IMG/VR virus record: IMGVR_UViG_3300046780_000088
Coordinates: 1 to 64,000 of that record
Length of the DNA stretch: 64,000 nucleotides
Source: a virus
Strand: one strand, 5' to 3'
Below, in pieces: positions 60,373-64,000 of the stretch (position 1 is the first letter of the stretch; each line of letters starts with the position of its first letter). The position numbers and the translations under genes were made by a program. Below the pieces are notes generated by a model that ran no database searches, was not told the origin of the DNA, and worked only from the letters and a program-made list of their open reading frames with translations.

Positions 60373-61065
60373 ATGATGGACAAATTAAATGCAACAGACG
60401 GTGTTGGTGCAGCAGTACATCGCGGGGCCGCATTGTCTGAATCGATGAATGCAATTGGTCGCTATGATGTGACTTGTGTTCGACCGCTGAAAGAATATGA
60501 AGGTGAATATCTTCGCTTGCTCGGTATTGCGATGGCATGGGACAAGATCGGTAAGGAACGACTTGTTGAACGCTTCCTTGAACAAGCTAGAGAATTGCCG
60601 CATCAGATTGTGTGGGAAGATACAATTCACAACACGGTCTGTACTGCCGGGAAGAATCTTGCTCTCGATACTTTTCTTGCTGGCTCTTCGTACACAGTTG
60701 TTGGTCCGTATATTGGTTTGATCAGTTCAACTTCGTATTCGGCAATTGCCGCTGGCGATACGCAAGCATCGCACTCTGGTTGGCTTGAAGCTGGAAATGC
60801 AAACGCTCCGACATATACATCGCCTCGTAAGACTGCCGCATGGAGTGCTGCTTCTGCTGGTTCGAAAGCGTTGTCTTCGAATGCCTCGTTCGCTATTACT
60901 GGATCGGGAACCGTCAAAGGTGCGTTTATGATTTATGGTTCAGGTGCATTGACTACCATTGACAACACTGCCGGAACGCTTCTGTCTGCTGGTCTGTTCA
61001 CTGGTGGCGATAAAGTTGTTGCCAACCTTGACACGCTTAACGTCAGCTATTCGCTGGCAATCTAA
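60373..61065 (+). CDS. Virion structural protein
   Basis: N.V.T.GKN..LD, YIGLI, F.I...GTV.GAF...GTL.SA..F pattern. Confidence 0.6.
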   Translation: MMDKLNATDGVGAAVHRGAALSESMNAIGRYDVTCVRPLKEYEGEYLRLLGIAMAWDKIGKERLVERFLEQARELPHQIVWEDTIHNTVCTAGKNLALDTFLAGSSYTVVGPYIGLISSTSYSAIAAGDTQASHSGWLEAGNANAPTYTSPRKTAAWSAASAGSKALSSNASFAITGSGTVKGAFMIYGSGALTTIDNTAGTLLSAGLFTGGDKVVANLDTLNVSYSLAI

Positions 61066-61079
61066 TAGGAGATTTGGTT

Positions 61080-61265
61080 ATGTTGAAAAAGGGATCGAAG
61101 GTAAAACAGATTGTCCAAGCTGCGATTGAAGGTGAAGTTGTGCGCGTCGAACGTGATGGCGATGGCGAACCAACAGGGAATTATCTTGTTGAATGGGAAG
61201 CTGATGGTGTGACTCATTCCAAATATTTCTCTGAAAAAGAAGTTGAGGAAGTTGCAAATGGATAA
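61080..61265 (+). CDS. Small SH3-like hypothetical protein
   Basis: ORF with RBS AGGAG. Confidence 0.5.
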   Translation: MLKKGSKVKQIVQAAIEGEVVRVERDGDGEPTGNYLVEWEADGVTHSKYFSEKEVEEVANG

Positions 61266-61500
61266 CGCCACGTTGATTGCCGACATTACTACGTCTTTGC
61301 AAGATGCTTGCACTTTAGCAAACGTTCAATCGCCGATGCAGCAACTTGTGACAGCAAACGCTTCACTGCAAACTGCATTAACTCATGCTACACAATTACA
61401 GACTGCTCTTGATGCTGAGACAGCAGATGATGTTGCAAAAGCAGCGCAGTTAGCGACAGCGAAACAGAAGGCACAGGATTTGGTTGCTTCACTTAGTTGA
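61258..61500 (+). CDS. Coiled-coil hypothetical protein
   Basis: Ala/Gln/Leu heptads. Confidence 0.5.
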   Translation: MDNATLIADITTSLQDACTLANVQSPMQQLVTANASLQTALTHATQLQTALDAETADDVAKAAQLATAKQKAQDLVASLS

Positions 61501-61512
61501 AAGGATTTGTTC

Positions 61513-63540
61513 ATGCCAACTGTTACATACGACACAATCGTAACTGGTCTTCAACGCGCTATAGTAGACGCGCAAACTTTGGCTGGACAAGTAATTACTC
61601 CCCCGCCGCCCCCGCCGCCTGTTAATGGAACCCCGATTGGGACGTACTATCCGCCAAACTTTACTGAGTCTGGTTTTGGTGATGCTGCTGGACCGCCATC
61701 ATGCGGTGTAACAGCTAGAATTGGTCAACAGTTGAAACCGCCTTATCCGGCATTTCTTCCGGGATTTTATTTAGGTGATGGTGATGCTCCGGTGCGTTGG
61801 ACGACAATCAATAAACCTGATTGGTATGATACCGCTGGAACATTGTATGGTTCTGTTCCATACGCTAAGACTACGGTTACTGCTGCGCCAGTTCATTTAA
61901 CTGAATTTTCGGTTGATCTTGATGCAACTTCATTAGTTAAGGAATTTGCAAGCAAACCGAATTATGGATTTGTAGTTGCTGCTGACAGTGCAAACTCTAA
62001 CACAATCAAATGGCGTTCTTCACATGCATCAGTAAATTTGCCGGTGCTTATTGTTGATGGTGTGACGATTCAATGTGAACGTTCTACATGGTTTTCGACT
62101 AGCAGTGAGACATCGTTTGCTGGCAATCCTGAAATGAGAACGGCACATAATACCGATTTTGCTTTGCTGCGATTCGATCTTAGAACTATCGACGTATCGA
62201 AAGTCCAAAAAGCAACACTTCGTATGTGGACGTTTGATCAATATGGTAACGTGACAATCGGATTATATCGTTTGTGGAATCCGGCTGATCCTGCGAGCGT
62301 TGCACCTGTGCAACTTGGCATTGCTGCACAATATCCGCTTGATGTCGGAATTGAAACTAATTCTGCTGTTGCGTTTGTTCAAGCCGTCAAGGATAAAAAT
62401 TATTCTTCCCTTTGGGGTTCTAGCTCCACTGGCGACAATTCAACATTCTTTACACCGGCAGACTTGGCAGCGCTTGGTTTACCGCCTATGCCGGGGGCTA
62501 CTGGAAACGCTATTGCTGGTGTCTTCAAAAAAGGTGGCCCGCAAAGTACCTTAGAAGCTCACTGGTCGCCGTGGCGTAGGGGTCAGGGTACAACCGGACC
62601 TTGGGAAACCGGGCAGCAGCTACGACCGCCTGCACCGATGGAAGAGGCATATTTCCGATATTACCTTATGATCCACGGCAACCCGGAACCTGATGGTGGT
62701 AAGTTGTTTGGATTCGATGGTCGATACCGCGATTGGGGAACACCGCCTACACCTGAAAGTCTTGTTGGTGCTGGTCGTGGAAATTCAGCTTCATTTTGTG
62801 ATTTGCTTACTGGATATTCTGCGCGTGGAAATCACAATGCTGAACCTGTAGCTGGATCGCCTTGTAAGGGTCGTATTGGTGTTGGTATGAGCGATTGTTA
62901 CATACCGGACCAAACAGGACCATATGGACCGGCATTAACAGTTGATCTAAATTATCTTGGTCAATTGAAAAAGGATGTGCCGCACTGTATTGAAATGCAT
63001 TTGAAGTTGAATACAGTGACACATCCTGAAGAAAAACAGCAACTCATTACTTCTATTACTGCTGTAAATGGTGTTGCTACAGCTACTCTTGCACAACCAT
63101 GTACGTCGCCATTGTACGTTACCGGAGCAACTATGGCTGTTGGTGGTGCTGGTGGATATTCTTCACTTGCATACAATGGTGAATTCAAAATCACTGTTAT
63201 CAGTCCGACTCAATTTACATATCCAGTTCCAACAACTGTTGCTCCTGTTGCTGCACTAGGTTCTAGTCCAAGCTATCCGTTGCGATTCACTTGCTGTTTG
63301 AGTACTGGAAACTTCGACGGTATTTTGGAATGGTTCATCAATGGTCGTTTGGCAATGCGTTATTCCGGTATGCGTTTTCGTGGTTCAGCATGGCTTCCTG
63401 ATGGCAAATCGAAATATGGAATTGACAATTTCTGGTTTGCATTCTTCCAAGGTGGCCCAAACAATCCGACAGAAGACTACTGGATGTTTGCCAGTGGCAT
63501 TGTGATCGCCGATAAATACATTGGACCTATGGTTCATTGA
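61513..63540 (+). CDS. Carbohydrate-active virion protein (DNRLRE-like module + polysaccharide-lyase-like beta domain)
   Basis: LLRFDL...V.KATLR (DNRLRE/CBM96-like); EAYFRYY, GGKLFG, IEMHLKLNT, DG.LEWFING, FFQGG (PL14-like). Confidence 0.55.
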   Translation: MPTVTYDTIVTGLQRAIVDAQTLAGQVITPPPPPPPVNGTPIGTYYPPNFTESGFGDAAGPPSCGVTARIGQQLKPPYPAFLPGFYLGDGDAPVRWTTINKPDWYDTAGTLYGSVPYAKTTVTAAPVHLTEFSVDLDATSLVKEFASKPNYGFVVAADSANSNTIKWRSSHASVNLPVLIVDGVTIQCERSTWFSTSSETSFAGNPEMRTAHNTDFALLRFDLRTIDVSKVQKATLRMWTFDQYGNVTIGLYRLWNPADPASVAPVQLGIAAQYPLDVGIETNSAVAFVQAVKDKNYSSLWGSSSTGDNSTFFTPADLAALGLPPMPGATGNAIAGVFKKGGPQSTLEAHWSPWRRGQGTTGPWETGQQLRPPAPMEEAYFRYYLMIHGNPEPDGGKLFGFDGRYRDWGTPPTPESLVGAGRGNSASFCDLLTGYSARGNHNAEPVAGSPCKGRIGVGMSDCYIPDQTGPYGPALTVDLNYLGQLKKDVPHCIEMHLKLNTVTHPEEKQQLITSITAVNGVATATLAQPCTSPLYVTGATMAVGGAGGYSSLAYNGEFKITVISPTQFTYPVPTTVAPVAALGSSPSYPLRFTCCLSTGNFDGILEWFINGRLAMRYSGMRFRGSAWLPDGKSKYGIDNFWFAFFQGGPNNPTEDYWMFASGIVIADKYIGPMVH

Positions 63541-63555
63541 AAGTGAATACATAAA

Positions 63556-63912
63556 ATGGCAGCTACTAAAAACAAGCGGACTCTTCTTGCTTCAACGAGT
63601 ATTGCCGCAGCAACACCGACTGATGGTACTGAAATTGATCTTTCAACGAAGTATGGTGGCGTTCTTACTGTAAAATTGACGAATGGTGGAACTGGTCCTA
63701 CGGTTCCGATCAACGCTTATGTATACATTGGTGGCGCTACAACTGAAAAGAAATTGTTCGCCAAGCTTCTTGGTGATTCAGTAAACAGTAGCGTTAATGA
63801 ATATGCAGTTGATATTCCTGCTGGCACAATGTTTTTGAACATCACATTTAAGGACAATACTGCACAAGCGGTGACTTGTGAGGCATTCTTGCAAGAACTG
63901 ACTACGATTTAA
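63556..63912 (+). CDS. Hypothetical structural protein
   Basis: KLTNGGTGPT pattern in the structural module. Confidence 0.5.
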   Translation: MAATKNKRTLLASTSIAAATPTDGTEIDLSTKYGGVLTVKLTNGGTGPTVPINAYVYIGGATTEKKLFAKLLGDSVNSSVNEYAVDIPAGTMFLNITFKDNTAQAVTCEAFLQELTTI

Positions 63913-64000
63913 GCTATGACTGTTTTCAATCGAGTTCGGTCGGCTCAGATTCCGCGTTACCCGCTGAAGATTGATCGCTCGACTGAAATCGGAAAATCTC

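Noticed and set aside
1-64000. Alternative genetic code / stop-codon recoding
   Set aside because: Core genes are full length under the standard code and no suppressor tRNA was found.

Overview
The whole window is a segment of a tailed dsDNA bacteriophage genome, probably lytic and probably infecting Proteobacteria. No integrase or host genes were seen. Layout: (i) 1-4.0 kb (+), end of the tail region and a lysis cassette (GH108 endolysin, holin-like and spanin-like genes). (ii) 4.0-5.1 kb (+), a tRNA cluster interleaved with non-canonical structured RNAs. (iii) 5.1-48.4 kb (-), replication, nucleotide-metabolism and host-takeover genes: NrdJ, DnaE, DEDDh exonuclease, primase-helicase, SSB, SNF2 helicase, Fic, RtcB, Rnl2-like ligase, MazG, HslV-like protease, a permuted two-piece tmRNA and further tRNAs. 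This arm includes an apparent early operon with a ~1 kb array of stem-closed non-coding domains followed by small genes, each preceded by a repeated two-hairpin element. (iv) 48.9-64 kb (+), packaging and structural genes (TerS-like, TerL, portal, structural proteins). The most striking signal is six genes around terL and portal that share an N-terminal leader (MTGWTDxARxASLxxR...HNANG...GQExH) fused to unrelated cargo domains: a T3-like SAM lyase, an Arr-like ADP-ribosyltransferase, an HNH nuclease and unknown domains. This suggests a leader-tagged system for packaging and delivering effectors in the virion. Other notable signals are five ECF-sigma-type promoters with an identical extra downstream box and four tRNAs with C33 instead of U33. 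All family assignments come from visual motif recognition, not database searches.
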